Assembly: GCA_963740355.1 (NCBI GenBank)
Contig: CAVUDW010000001.1
Span: 119,016-183,015 of the forward strand
Length of the DNA: 64,000 nucleotides
Origin: an uncultured Gemmatimonadaceae bacterium
GTDB lineage: Bacteria; Gemmatimonadota; Gemmatimonadetes; Gemmatimonadales; Gemmatimonadaceae
Reading direction: 5' to 3'
How positions within the stretch are numbered: position 1 is the first letter of the stretch; every line of letters begins with the position of its first letter. Position numbers and translations under genes: made by a program. A model generated the notes under the pieces. The model worked only from the letters and a program-made list of their open reading frames with translations, was not told the DNA's origin and ran no database searches. Shown in pieces: positions 22,987-36,500 of the stretch.

Positions 22987-24291
22987 TCAACGCGGCCGTC
23001 CGATGGAGTCGTAGAGGAAGCCCAGCGTGCGCATGCGCGCCGGGGAATACAGGTTCCGCATGTCGACCACGATCGGCGTGCGGAGCGCACTGTGGACGCG
23101 GGTCCAGTCCGGCGACCGGTACTCGTTCCAGTCGGTCATCAGCACGAGCGCATCCGAGCCGGCACAGGCGGCATAGGCGCTCGGCACGAGTTCGACCTGG
23201 TCGCCGAGGCGGCGGGCCGCCTCGCGCCGTGACTCCGGGTCATGCGCCACGACCGTGCCGCCCTCGGCACGGATCGTCGCGATCAACGACAGCGACGGCG
23301 ACTCGCGCATGTCATCGGTCTGCGCCTTGAAGGCGAGGCCCCAGACCGCGATCCGCTTGCCTGCCAGCGAGCCGCCCAGCAGCGCTCGCAGCTTCTCCGC
23401 CGCACGATCCTTCTGGTGCGTGTTGGCGTCATGCACTGCCTGCAGCACGCGCAGCGGCACGTCGTACCCACGCGCCGACAGCAGCAATGCCTGCACATCC
23501 TTCGGGAAACAGGAGCCGCCGTAGCCTGGGCCGGGCAGCAGGAACGAGGGCCCGATCCGTGGATCGCTGCCGATGCCAAGGCGCACGAGATCGACGTTGG
23601 CGCCGGTACGTTCACAGAGCAGCGCGATCTCGTTCATGAAGCTGATGCGTGTCGCCAGCATCGCATTGGCGGCGTACTTCGTGAGCTCGGCTGAGGCAAG
23701 ATCCATGAAGATCAGCGGCTTGCCAGAGCGCACGTACGGCTCGTAGAGCTCCTCCATCAACTCGCGCGCGCGCTGCGAGTCGGTGCCGATGATCACGCGA
23801 TCGGGATGCGTGAAGTCATCAACCGCCGCGCCTTCCTTGAGAAACTCAGGATTGCTGCAGACATGGAACGGCACGGTCGCGTGTTCGCGCAACACGCCAC
23901 GAATGAGTTCGGCCGTGCCGACGGGCACCGTGGACTTCGTCACCACCACGACTTCCTGTTCCGCACTCTTCGCGACGGTCTGCGCGGCCGCGAGCACGTA
24001 GCTCAGGTCGGCCGACCCATCCTCGTCGGCGGGCGTCCCGACCGCGATGAAGACGAACTGCGCGTGCCGCGCCGCGGCCGCCACATCGGTCGTGAACGTG
24101 AGACGTTCCGACCGCTGATTGCGCTCGACGATCACGTCGAGGCCGGGCTCGAAGATCGGCAGGATGTTGCGCTGCAGCCCCTCGATCTTGGCGGCATCGA
24201 GATCGGCGCACACCACATCGTTGCCGGTGTCTGCAAGGCAGGCACCGAGCACCAGTCCGACGTATCCGGTTCCGATCACCGCAACTTTCAT
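22987..24291 (-). CDS. ugd: UDP-glucose 6-dehydrogenase
   Basis: GTGYVG, SNPEFLKEG, GYGGSCFPKD. Confidence 0.93.
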   Translation of the reverse strand: MKVAVIGTGYVGLVLGACLADTGNDVVCADLDAAKIEGLQRNILPIFEPGLDVIVERNQRSERLTFTTDVAAAARHAQFVFIAVGTPADEDGSADLSYVLAAAQTVAKSAEQEVVVVTKSTVPVGTAELIRGVLREHATVPFHVCSNPEFLKEGAAVDDFTHPDRVIIGTDSQRARELMEELYEPYVRSGKPLIFMDLASAELTKYAANAMLATRISFMNEIALLCERTGANVDLVRLGIGSDPRIGPSFLLPGPGYGGSCFPKDVQALLLSARGYDVPLRVLQAVHDANTHQKDRAAEKLRALLGGSLAGKRIAVWGLAFKAQTDDMRESPSLSLIATIRAEGGTVVAHDPESRREAARRLGDQVELVPSAYAACAGSDALVLMTDWNEYRSPDWTRVHSALRTPIVVDMRNLYSPARMRTLGFLYDSIGRPR

Positions 24292-24292
24292 C

Positions 24293-25639
24293 TCAGTGCG
24301 CGTTCGCCGTGATCGGGGTGGCGGCGTCAGCCAGGCTGACGATGCGCGCCGTCGACTTCGTCGTCCGGCCCGTCGCGTTTCGCGTATCGACGACCAACTC
24401 GGCGTGGTCGACCACGAACTGCCAGTCGTACGCCTTGTGATCGGTGACGATGACCACGGCGTCGGCCTGTGCGAGTGCCTCGGCGGTCAGCGCGACGCTG
24501 TGGTATTCGTGGCCGTCCTCGCGGAACTTCGCGACGTGCGGGTCATTGAAGGTGACCGTGGCACCGCGCTGCTCGAGCAGGCGCATGATGTCGAGCGCAG
24601 GGCTCTCACGCATGTCATCGATGTCGCGCTTGTACGCGACGCCAAGGATCAGTACCCGACTGCCGTGGACGGCCTTCCGCGAATCATTCAAGGCGCGTGA
24701 CACCTTCTCGACGACATAGTCGGGCATGCCGGAGTTGATCTCGCTGGCGAGGTCGATGAAGCGCGTCTTGTAGTTCAGCATCCGCATCTTCCACGCGAGA
24801 TAGTGCGGATCGAGCGGGATGCAGTGCCCACCGATGCCGGGGCCCGGCGTGAACTTCATGTAGCCGAACGGCTTGGTGGCGGCCGCATCGATCACTTCCC
24901 AGACGTTCACGCCAAGCTTGTCGCAGACGATCGCGATTTCGTTGACGAGACCGATGTTGACCGAGCGGAACGTATTCTCGAGCAGCTTGACCAATTCAGC
25001 CGTCTCGGTCGACGACACCGGCACGATGGTATCGATGACCGCACCATAAAGCGCCGTGGCGACTTCGGTGCACGCGGGCGTTACGCCACCGACGACTTTC
25101 GGTGTGTTCTTGGTGTGATAGACCGGGTTGCCGGGATCGACCCGCTCCGGGCTGAAGGCGAGGAACACGTCAGTTCCAACGGTGAAGCCAGCCGCTTCGA
25201 GCGCCGGCAGCAGCACTTCGCGCGTGGTGCCAGGATAGGTCGTGCTTTCGAGCACGATCAACAGACCCGGATGTGCCTGCGCCACGACGGCCTGCGTCGC
25301 GGCATTCACGTAGGTCATGTCCGGATCACGCGTCTTGCCGAGCGGCGTCGGCACGGCGATCGAGATCGCATCCGCCTCGAGCATGCGGCTGGCATCGGTG
25401 GTCGCGATGAAGCGGCCACTCGCGACATGCTTCGCGACCATCGCCGCCGGAATGTCCTGGATGTGCGAGTCACCACCGTTCAGCAGCGAGACGACGCGCT
25501 CGCTGACGTCGAAACCGATCACCTTGAAGCCGGCCTCGGCGAATTCCATCGCCAGCGGCAGGCCCACGTAACCGAGACCGACGACCGAAACCACCGCGTT
25601 CTGCGACTGGATTCGGGACAGCAATTGTGACTTGAGCAT
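24293..25639 (-). CDS. wbpA: UDP-N-acetyl-D-glucosamine 6-dehydrogenase (WbpA/WecC family)
   Basis: GLGYVGLP, ESTTYPGTT, SPERVDPG, GIGGHCIPLDP. Confidence 0.85.
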   Translation of the reverse strand: MLKSQLLSRIQSQNAVVSVVGLGYVGLPLAMEFAEAGFKVIGFDVSERVVSLLNGGDSHIQDIPAAMVAKHVASGRFIATTDASRMLEADAISIAVPTPLGKTRDPDMTYVNAATQAVVAQAHPGLLIVLESTTYPGTTREVLLPALEAAGFTVGTDVFLAFSPERVDPGNPVYHTKNTPKVVGGVTPACTEVATALYGAVIDTIVPVSSTETAELVKLLENTFRSVNIGLVNEIAIVCDKLGVNVWEVIDAAATKPFGYMKFTPGPGIGGHCIPLDPHYLAWKMRMLNYKTRFIDLASEINSGMPDYVVEKVSRALNDSRKAVHGSRVLILGVAYKRDIDDMRESPALDIMRLLEQRGATVTFNDPHVAKFREDGHEYHSVALTAEALAQADAVVIVTDHKAYDWQFVVDHAELVVDTRNATGRTTKSTARIVSLADAATPITANAH

Positions 25640-25680
25640 CAGAGGGCCAGGACCTGGAATGAAGAGTGACGGGCTGACGG

Positions 25681-26802
25681 TCAGCGGCCGTAAAAGGCGC
25701 GTACGGCATCAACCACGGTGTCGCGTTGGGTCGTCGTCAATTCCGGGAACACGGGCAGCGACAGCACTTCCTGTGCGGCGCGCTCCGATTCCGGGAACTG
25801 GCCCTCCTTATACCCGAGATAGGCAAAACAGGGCTGCAGGTGCAGCGGAAGCGGGTAATAGATCGAGCAGCCGATCCCGCGCTCCTTGAGATGCGCCATC
25901 AGGGCATCGCGCTTCTGCGCCCGGATGGTGTACTGGTTGTAGATCGACGTGTTGGCCGAATCGATGTACGGCGTCACGATTTCGGCGACGTCGGCGAAGG
26001 CCTGATCGTAAAAGGCCGCGTTGGCCCGACGGGCGGCGCTCCACTGCTCGAGGAACGGCAGCTTGGCCATCAACACCGCGGCCTGCAGGGCATCGAGTCG
26101 GCTGTTGTAGCCCACCATCTCGTGGTAATACGTCTTCAGCGAGCCGTGCATGCGCAGCTTGAGCAGCTTGGTCGAGAGCGCCTCATCCTGCGTCACCATC
26201 AGGCCGCCGTCGCCGTACCCACCGAGATTCTTGGACGGGAAAAAGCTGAAGGTGCCGATCGTGGCGGCCTCGCCGGCCATCACCGTGGCGCCATCGATCA
26301 CCCGACTGGCGCCGATCGACTGGGCCGCGTCCTCGATGATCGGCAGGTCGCCAGCGACGGCGCGCACCTGCTCGATGGCAGCCATCTGGCCGAACAGGTC
26401 GACCGGGATCACGGCCTTGGTGCGCGGCGTGATGGCGGCCGCGACGGCCGCTGGATCGATGTTGAAGGTGAGCGGGTCGATGTCGGCAAACACCGGTCGC
26501 GCACCCACGTTGTGAATCGTGCCCGCCGTGGCGAAGAAGGTGAAGGGTGTCGTCACCACTTCATCGTCCCGCCCGATGTCGAGTGCCCGCATGGCGATCA
26601 GGATCGCATCGGTGCCATTCGCGCACCCGACCGCAAACCGGGTCTTCGACAAGCCCGCCACTGCGCACTCGAATCGTCCGACGATCGGGCCGAGGATGAA
26701 GGCCTGCTCCTCGATGATCTCGTTCACGAGTGCGGCCACCTCATGCTTGATGGTCGCATGCTGCGCCTTCAGGTCCAGCAGCGGGACAGGGGTCTGGGTC
26801 AT
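25681..26802 (-). CDS. DegT/DnrJ/EryC1/StrS aminotransferase (WbpE-like)
   Basis: EDAAQSIG, SFFPSKNLGGYGDGG, NSRLDALQAA. Confidence 0.92.
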   Translation of the reverse strand: MTQTPVPLLDLKAQHATIKHEVAALVNEIIEEQAFILGPIVGRFECAVAGLSKTRFAVGCANGTDAILIAMRALDIGRDDEVVTTPFTFFATAGTIHNVGARPVFADIDPLTFNIDPAAVAAAITPRTKAVIPVDLFGQMAAIEQVRAVAGDLPIIEDAAQSIGASRVIDGATVMAGEAATIGTFSFFPSKNLGGYGDGGLMVTQDEALSTKLLKLRMHGSLKTYYHEMVGYNSRLDALQAAVLMAKLPFLEQWSAARRANAAFYDQAFADVAEIVTPYIDSANTSIYNQYTIRAQKRDALMAHLKERGIGCSIYYPLPLHLQPCFAYLGYKEGQFPESERAAQEVLSLPVFPELTTTQRDTVVDAVRAFYGR

Positions 26803-26834
26803 CGCAGTCGAATGGGATGTCAGGTCAGCAGGGA

Positions 26835-30086
<3,252 letters not shown>

Positions 30087-30234
30087 GGACGCGGAACAGG
30101 CGGGACAGAATGGACTGGTGATCAGCCTTCAAATATAGCCTCGCCGGAGCCCAAGCTGGGCGGGCACAGCCGGCAGATATTCCGCAGCGTTTGCTGGGAA
30201 AATTCGTGCGAGCCCGAGCCGGCATCAGGCGCGG

Positions 30235-31221
30235 TCAGTTCCGGGGCCGCGGCCCCACGGCGAGCGCGGCACGTGCGGCCTCGAGCAGCTCGTCGAGGAG
30301 GGCGTCGAACGAGGTCGTGGCGCGCCATCCGAGGCGTTCTGCAGCCTTGCGCGGGTCCGCGATCAGTGCCGCAACGTCACCGGAACGTGACAGGGCGGGA
30401 TCGCTGATCACATGCTGCGTCCAGTCGAGCCCCACGCGCTCGAACGCCGCCTCGCAGAACTGTGCGACGGTCCGCCCGACGCCGGTGCCAATCACGTAGT
30501 CGTCCGCCTGCTCGGCGTCGGCCATCCGCACCAGCGCGTCCATGTAGTCGCGGGCATGGCCCCAATCGCGCACCACATCCATCGCGCCGAGCGTGAGTGG
30601 CGTCGCGGTGCGATCCCCGGCGGCAATGCGTACGGCGGCCCGGCAGATCTTGGTGGTGACGTAGTCGCCCGGCCGACGTGCGCTCTCGTGATTGAACAAC
30701 AGCGCGGTACTGGCGTGCAGGCCACGTCCTTCGCGAAAGGCGGCGACGAGCAGCGCACTGTAGGCCTTCCCTGCGCCGTAGGGGGTACGGGTCGTGAACG
30801 GGCTCGTTTCGCTCTGTGGTGCGGCACTACCGGGCCCGAAGACCTGGCACGATCCAGCGAAGACGACATGGGCGGAGGGGACGCGCCGCTGAATCGCCTC
30901 CAGCAATCGCGCCGGCGCCGTGCAGAGCGCATCGGTCGCCTCGGCCGGTGACTGCCATGCGAGGTTCGGCACCGCAGGCGCAGCCAGATGGTAGATCTGA
31001 TCCGGGACCAGCTCTGCGATCAGGGAATCGACCTGCCGGGCATCGCGCAGGTCGAGCTCACGCAACTGTACGTTGGCGGCTGCGGTCGAGAGCTTCGACC
31101 GTGCTTCGAGGGGATCGCCACGAGTCGTGCCGAAGACGACATCGCCACGCGCGAGCAGCTGCTCCGCGAGCAAAACGCCGTCCTGCCCTGCGACTCCGGT
31201 GATGAGCACTCGTCGCGTCAT
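30235..31221 (-). CDS. gmd: GDP-mannose 4,6-dehydratase-like extended SDR
   Basis: GVAGQDG, YGAGK, LFNHES, RDWGHARDY. Confidence 0.8.
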   Translation of the reverse strand: MTRRVLITGVAGQDGVLLAEQLLARGDVVFGTTRGDPLEARSKLSTAAANVQLRELDLRDARQVDSLIAELVPDQIYHLAAPAVPNLAWQSPAEATDALCTAPARLLEAIQRRVPSAHVVFAGSCQVFGPGSAAPQSETSPFTTRTPYGAGKAYSALLVAAFREGRGLHASTALLFNHESARRPGDYVTTKICRAAVRIAAGDRTATPLTLGAMDVVRDWGHARDYMDALVRMADAEQADDYVIGTGVGRTVAQFCEAAFERVGLDWTQHVISDPALSRSGDVAALIADPRKAAERLGWRATTSFDALLDELLEAARAALAVGPRPRN

Positions 31222-31247
31222 GCCTGCCCCAAGAGGAGAAAAAACAA

Positions 31248-31279
31248 CGCGGGGGAGCCCCGTAAGGACTCCCCCGCGT
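31248..31279 (-). terminator. Intrinsic terminator of the alpha operon/rpmB
   Basis: Minus-strand ACGCGGGGGAGTCC-ttac-GGGGCTCCCCCGCG followed by TTGTTTTTT. Confidence 0.8.
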
Positions 31280-31316
31280 CACCAGCGATCATCGCTGTGT
31301 CACCCGCAGTCGCAGT

Positions 31317-31541
31317 TCAGGCGACGGAAGGGACACCGCGCGGCGCGCGATGGATCTTGCCGGCCGACATGCAGGACGTGCAGGCCTTGACCTTGATGAT
31401 CTTGCCATCGGTGTCGAGGATGCGCATGACCTGCAGGTTCGGACGCCAGGTGCGACGCACGCGGTTGTTCGCGTGCGACACGTTGTTGCCGAAGGTGACG
31501 CCCTTCTTGCAGACGTAGCAGCGGTGACGATCGATAGCCAT
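31317..31541 (-). CDS. rpmB: 50S ribosomal protein L28 (CxxC-containing form)
   Basis: CYVC...GNNVSHANN...RTWRPNLQ...CTSC. Confidence 0.95.
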   Translation of the reverse strand: MAIDRHRCYVCKKGVTFGNNVSHANNRVRRTWRPNLQVMRILDTDGKIIKVKACTSCMSAGKIHRAPRGVPSVA

Positions 31542-31544
31542 GAC

Positions 31545-31901
31545 TCAGTTCTCCACGAATTCGATGCGTGCCATTTCCGCACCATCGCCGAGGCGATGAC
31601 CGGTCTTCAGGATGCGGGTGTAGCCGCCGGCGCGGGTGGCGAACTTCGGCCCCCACTCCTGGAACAGCTTGTCGGCAGCGCCACGCTTGTGGATGTGCCG
31701 ACCCGCGAGCCGGCGCGCGTGCACCGTGCCTGCCTTGGCCTTGGTCACGAGCTTCTCCACGAAGGGACGAAGCTCCTTGGCCTTGGCCTCGGTGGTTTCA
31801 ATGGCCCCCTGCTCGATGAGCGAGGTGGCGAGGTTACGCAGCAGGGCGAGACGCTGCTCGCTTGTGCGGCGGAGTTGACGACCAGCCTTCCGATGGCGCA
31901 T
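31545..31901 (-). CDS. rplQ: 50S ribosomal protein L17
   Basis: MRHRKAGRQLRRT, TTEAKAKELR, GGYTRILK. Confidence 0.97.
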   Translation of the reverse strand: MRHRKAGRQLRRTSEQRLALLRNLATSLIEQGAIETTEAKAKELRPFVEKLVTKAKAGTVHARRLAGRHIHKRGAADKLFQEWGPKFATRAGGYTRILKTGHRLGDGAEMARIEFVEN

Positions 31902-31907
31902 TTGGGA

Positions 31908-32978
31908 TTACTCCTGCGAGGACTCGACGGGATCGTCCGGCGCGTTGGCGGCGACCTTCGACGGTGGCGTGCCCCAATCGAGCACCCGTGCGAAGTCCCC
32001 CGCTTCCTCGTACCGCATCCCAAAGTTCAAACCACGATTCTCGAGGAGTGCTGCCACTTCCTCGAGGGACTTCTTGCCAAAGTTCTTGACCTGCAGAATC
32101 TGCGACTCCGTCTGGCGGGTAAGGTCACCCAGCGAACGGACGTTGTTGTTCTTGAGCGAATTGACCGAGCGCACGGACAGGCCGAGTGCATCGATGGCAA
32201 CCGCGAGCTCCGACAACAGGATGCCCTTGCCGTCGACATCGCCGGTGCTCAGGCTGCCAGCGGAGCTGGACCCGAAGCTGGCGAAGTACTGGAAGTGCGC
32301 CTGGGCCAGTGCGGCGGCGTAGCTGACGGCTTCTTCCGGCGCGATGGTGCCGTCGGTTTCGACCGTCAGGGTGAGGCGATCGTAGTCGGTGCGCTGACCG
32401 ACGCGGGTTTCCGCGACGGTGAAGTTGGCGCGACGCACAGGGTTGTAGATCGCATCGATGCGAACCAGGTCCACCGGCATGCCGCGCTCGACCGGGTGCT
32501 GGTCGGCATCGACATACCCACGGCCCACATTCACATACAGCTCGACGGCGATGTCGCGATCGTCCTGCATCGTGAAGATGTGGTGGTTCGCATCAACGAC
32601 ACGCACACCAGCGGGCAGCTGCAGCATGCCGGCCGTGAAGGCACCGGCCGACTTGAGCGCCACGCGGAGGACGGCGTGCTCGAGATCATCATCCAGCACG
32701 AGCACGAGCGACTTCAGGTTACCAATGATCTGGTGCACATCTTCGACCACGCCGGCGATGGTCTGGTGCTCATGCACCACGCCATCGATCCGGAAGCCCC
32801 ACACCGCTGCGCCACGAAGTGACGACAGGAGCATGCGACGCATCGCGTTGCCGAGCGTGTGGCCGAAGCCTCGCTCGAGCGGCTGCAGGCGGAATTCCGC
32901 AATGAACGGGTTGTCCTCGCGCTTTGTCGCTTCGACAAGCTGCGGACGAACAAGGCCGCGGAGATCGATCGTTGCCAT
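31908..32978 (-). CDS. rpoA: RNA polymerase alpha subunit
   Basis: PLERGFGHTLGNAMRR, NFGKKSL. Confidence 0.97.
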   Translation of the reverse strand: MATIDLRGLVRPQLVEATKREDNPFIAEFRLQPLERGFGHTLGNAMRRMLLSSLRGAAVWGFRIDGVVHEHQTIAGVVEDVHQIIGNLKSLVLVLDDDLEHAVLRVALKSAGAFTAGMLQLPAGVRVVDANHHIFTMQDDRDIAVELYVNVGRGYVDADQHPVERGMPVDLVRIDAIYNPVRRANFTVAETRVGQRTDYDRLTLTVETDGTIAPEEAVSYAAALAQAHFQYFASFGSSSAGSLSTGDVDGKGILLSELAVAIDALGLSVRSVNSLKNNNVRSLGDLTRQTESQILQVKNFGKKSLEEVAALLENRGLNFGMRYEEAGDFARVLDWGTPPSKVAANAPDDPVESSQE

Positions 32979-33179
32979 AGGGATGCTGAATGCGAAAAGG
33001 GGTCATGCCGGACCGAAGTGGCCGACAACGCCGTGCCTCGCCTCTCATGCGTGGCACGCTCGTAAGGGAATGAGAGTCCCGACCGAACGACTTCCCGTCG
33101 GTGCACCGGGGTGCACTCGACGGTCCTGCACACCTGATTGCACTCACGCCCCCGTTGCCAGGGGCGCGAATGAATCGAG

Positions 33180-33818
33180 TTACTTCGAGTAGAGTTCGAC
33201 GACCAGCTGTTCCTGCGCGGCAATCGGGATGCTTGCGCGCTGTGGGCGCTCGAGCATCCGGCCGCTGAACGACTCGGAATCGACTGCCAGCCACGCCATC
33301 GCCGGGTTGCGCTTGGCCTGTTCCATCGCCTCGGCGACGACGGCCAGCTCACGCGACTTCTGACGCACGCGAATCTCTTCACCCGGCTGCACTGCGTAGC
33401 TCGGGATGTCGACGCGCTTGCCGTTGATCTCGACGTGCTGATGGCGGATCAGCTGACGCGCAGCCTTGCGGCTGGCGGCGAAGCCGATACGGTACACCAT
33501 GTTGTCGAGACGGCTCTCGAGGGCGGCGAGCAGGTTGTGACCGGTGATGCCCGGGCAGCTTCGCGACCTTCTCGAACGTGTTGCGGAACTGCTTCTCGTT
33601 CATGCCGTACATGCGCTTGATCTTCTGCTTCTCGCGCAGCTGCTTGGCATACTCGGACACCTTCTTGCGGCGGCGCGCGTGCTCTGGCCGTGCTGGCCTG
33701 GAGCGTACGGGCGGCGTTCCACCGGGCACTTCTCGGTGAAGCACTTGGTGCCCTTGAGGAACAGCTTCGTGCCTTCGCGCCGGCACTGCCGGCAGCTGGG
33801 ACCTGTATAACGCGCCAT
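33180..33818 (-). CDS. rpsD: 30S ribosomal protein S4 (frameshifts near 33690 and 33555)
   Basis: [28 protein letters not shown] and LVVELYSK in three frames. Confidence 0.93.
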
Positions 33819-33820
33819 GG

Positions 33821-34198
33821 TCAGACCCTCCGGCGCTTGGGAGGACGGCAGCCGTTGTGCGGAATCGGCGTGACGTCCTTGATCGACTTGACGACGAGGC
33901 CCGTCGAGGCGAGCGCCTGGATCGCGGACTCACGTCCGCTGCCCGGGCCCTGCACCTTCACGTGCACCCGCTTCATCCCCATCGAGAGCGCTTCGCGCGC
34001 GCACTGCTCACCGGCGACGGTCGCAGCGAACGGGGTGCTCTTCTTGGAGCCCTTGAAGCCGGCCTTGCCGGCGGATCCCCACGAGACCGCGTTGCCGCGG
34101 GCATCGGTGATCGTGATCGTCGTGTTGTTGAAGGTGGCGCTGACGTGCGCGATGCCTTCCGCATCGACGATTTTCTTGGTCTTCTTTCCGGTCGCCAT
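33821..34198 (-). CDS. rpsK: 30S ribosomal protein S11
   Basis: [27 protein letters not shown]. Confidence 0.98.
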   Translation of the reverse strand: MATGKKTKKIVDAEGIAHVSATFNNTTITITDARGNAVSWGSAGKAGFKGSKKSTPFAATVAGEQCAREALSMGMKRVHVKVQGPGSGRESAIQALASTGLVVKSIKDVTPIPHNGCRPPKRRRV

Positions 34199-34201
34199 CG
34201 G

Positions 34202-34579
34202 TTACTTGGTTACCTTCTTCTTGCCGGCGATCGCGCGGCGCGGCCCCTTCTTCGTGCGGGCGTTGGTGTGCGTACGCTGGCCACGGACGGGAAGTCCGCG
34301 ACGGTGGCGTGTGCCCCGATAGGACCCGATGTCCATGAGGCGCTTGATGTTCATCGCGACCTCGGTGCGCAAGGCACCCTCGACGCGATAGTCCCGCTCA
34401 ATGATCTGGCGGAGCTTGTTGACGTCGGCTTCAACGAGGTCCTTCACCCGCAACGCGGCGTCCACGCCGGTCTTGGCGAGAATCTCGCGTGCCGTCTTGC
34501 GACCGATGCCGAAGATATACGTCAGCCCGATCTCCACCTTCTTTTCGCGCGGAAGATCCACGCCAGCAATACGCGCCAT
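34202..34579 (-). CDS. rpsM: 30S ribosomal protein S13
   Basis: [19 protein letters not shown]. Confidence 0.98.
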   Translation of the reverse strand: MARIAGVDLPREKKVEIGLTYIFGIGRKTAREILAKTGVDAALRVKDLVEADVNKLRQIIERDYRVEGALRTEVAMNIKRLMDIGSYRGTRHRRGLPVRGQRTHTNARTKKGPRRAIAGKKKVTK

Positions 34580-34585
34580 TAATCC

Positions 34586-34702
34586 TTAACCCTGCCGCTG
34601 CTTATGCTTGGGATTGCGACCACAAATGATGCGCAGAACGCCGTCACGCTTGACCACCTTGCAGTGTTCACAGATCGGCTTCACGCTGCTCCGGACTTTC
34701 AC
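34586..34702 (-). CDS. rpmJ: 50S ribosomal protein L36 (zinc-ribbon form)
   Basis: Hand translation from [41 protein letters not shown]; below the ORF-track size limit. Confidence 0.96.
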   Translation of the reverse strand: MKVRSSVKPICEHCKVVKRDGVLRIICGRNPKHKQRQG

Positions 34703-34745
34703 ACGCTACTCCTGCTGTAGGTCACGACTTCTGGACAAGTCTCCG

Positions 34746-34774
34746 AAGCTAGCCGGACCAGTTGCCCCATACAA
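34746..34774 (-). promoter_or_regulatory. Putative sigma70 promoter of the rpmJ-alpha operon
   Basis: TTGTAT-N17-TAGCTT on the minus strand, about 45 nt upstream of rpmJ. Confidence 0.5.
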
Positions 34775-34875
34775 GGGCTCCGGACGACTTTTTTCGCGCG
34801 ACCTCTTGACACCGGATTTCGACTGACGTGTACGATTTTGCGTGATTCGCGACACAACGGCGTCAGAACGCGCGA

Positions 34876-35580
34876 TCAGGCCCGGACCGAGACGCTGGCC
34901 GCAATCGCGTCCCAGGCGGCCAAGGGGTCAGCCGCTTCGGTCACGGCCCGCCCCAGGATCAGGTACCGGGCCCCCTGCGCGGCAGCGGCCTCGGGCGTCA
35001 CGACGCGCACCTGATCGTTCACCGGCGCCCCAGCCGGACGGACGCCCGGCACCAGCGGCGCCAGCCGACCCTCGAACTTCTGAACCACCGCCCCAAGTTC
35101 GGCCCCACTGCACACCACGCCGTGGGCGCCCGCGGCATCTGCCAGGCCGGCCAGGCGCAACACCTCGGACTTGATGTCGATCCAGGGGCCGCGCCCCCAC
35201 GCCTCGGCCAATTCCGCCGGATCGAGGCTGGTCAGGACGGTCACACCAAGGATGCCACAGCCATCCCCCGCCCCATCCACCGCCGCAGCCAGCATCGCCT
35301 CGCCACCGGAGGCATGCACCGTCAGCAGCCGCACGTCGTGCGCGGCCGCCCGCCGCGCCGCCTGCCGCACGGTGTTCGGGATGTCGTGCAGCTTGAGGTC
35401 GAGGAAGACATCCACGCCGCGGGAACGCAGCACGGCGATCAGCGACGGGCCCGCGGCCGTGAACAGCTCGAGGCCGACCTTGTAGAAATCACACCGCCCC
35501 GCGAACTGATCGACCATCGACAACGCCTGATCCGCGGTCGGCACGTCCAGCGCCAGCAGCAATCGTGGCGACGTATTCAC
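34876..35580 (-). CDS. pyrF: Orotidine-5'-phosphate decarboxylase
   Basis: YKVGLELF, FLDLKLHDIPNTV, VTVLTS, LILGRAVT. Confidence 0.96.
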   Translation of the reverse strand: MNTSPRLLLALDVPTADQALSMVDQFAGRCDFYKVGLELFTAAGPSLIAVLRSRGVDVFLDLKLHDIPNTVRQAARRAAAHDVRLLTVHASGGEAMLAAAVDGAGDGCGILGVTVLTSLDPAELAEAWGRGPWIDIKSEVLRLAGLADAAGAHGVVCSGAELGAVVQKFEGRLAPLVPGVRPAGAPVNDQVRVVTPEAAAAQGARYLILGRAVTEAADPLAAWDAIAASVSVRA

Positions 35581-36500
35581 GAGGGCCACTCCAGCGTCCC
35601 ACGCACGTCTGCCAGTGACGTCACGCCATGCCGGCCACACCACCGCTCGAGGTCACTCACGATGCGCTCCGGTGCGCGTGGATCGACCATGCCTGCCGTC
35701 CCAACGCCAACCAGCGTTGCACCAGCCATGATGTACTGCAAGGCGTGTTCACCACGCGAGACGCCACCGAGCCCGATGATCGGCACCGACACCACCCGCG
35801 ACACGCGCCATGTCGCGAGCACCCCAACCGGCAACAGCGGCGGCCCGCTCACGCCGCCACTCCCGAACCCGATCCGCGGCTTCCGTGTCTCGACATCGAT
35901 CACCAGACCGGGCAAGGTATTGGTGAGGGTGATGGCATCGGCACCGGCATCCACCGCGACCTGCGCTGTGCCAGCGAGATCGGCCAGCGTCGGCGACAAC
36001 TTGATCACGATTGGCTTGCGGGTGACGGCGCGCGCCCGCTCGATCAATGCGCGCAAGACCACGCGATCGGCGCCGAACTCCATACCGCCCGCCTTCACAT
36101 TCGGGCAACTCACATTCAACTCGTAGCCTGACACGCCTGCCGGGTCGTCGAGTCGCGTGATCACATCGGCGAAATCCTCGACGGCGTTGCCCACGACGTT
36201 GACGAACACCCTGGCGCGGCGGAGGTGCGAGGCGAGCCACGGCAGCTCCGTCTCACGCACCACATCCACGCCGGGATTCGCGAGACCAATGGCGTTGATC
36301 ATGCCGCCAGGAAAATCAGCCACGCGCGGCGCCCTGGCACCGGGCCGTGGTGCGAGCGACACCGCCTTCGTCACGAGGCCGCCCAACCGCTCGAGATCGA
36401 CGATGTCATCCAGCTCTCGGCCATACGCCGCAGTGCCTGACGCAAGGACGATCGGATTCTGGAAGTCGACGCCGGCGAACGAAGCGCCCAGTGACGTCAT
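35577..36500 (-). CDS. pyrD: Dihydroorotate dehydrogenase family 1B catalytic subunit
   Basis: NPIVLASGT, NAIGLANPG, ELNVSCPN, GGVSGP. Confidence 0.95.
   Translation of the reverse strand: MTSLGASFAGVDFQNPIVLASGTAAYGRELDDIVDLERLGGLVTKAVSLAPRPGARAPRVADFPGGMINAIGLANPGVDVVRETELPWLASHLRRARVFVNVVGNAVEDFADVITRLDDPAGVSGYELNVSCPNVKAGGMEFGADRVVLRALIERARAVTRKPIVIKLSPTLADLAGTAQVAVDAGADAITLTNTLPGLVIDVETRKPRIGFGSGGVSGPPLLPVGVLATWRVSRVVSVPIIGLGGVSRGEHALQYIMAGATLVGVGTAGMVDPRAPERIVSDLERWCGRHGVTSLADVRGTLEWPS

Noticed and set aside
33540..33700. Programmed frameshifting in rpsD, secA or uvrB
   Set aside because: No slippery sites seen; multiple indels per gene; no precedent for these genes.
34806..34836. Plus-strand TTGACA...TACGAT promoter antisense to pyrF
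   Set aside because: 19-bp spacer and no downstream gene; cannot be supported from sequence alone.
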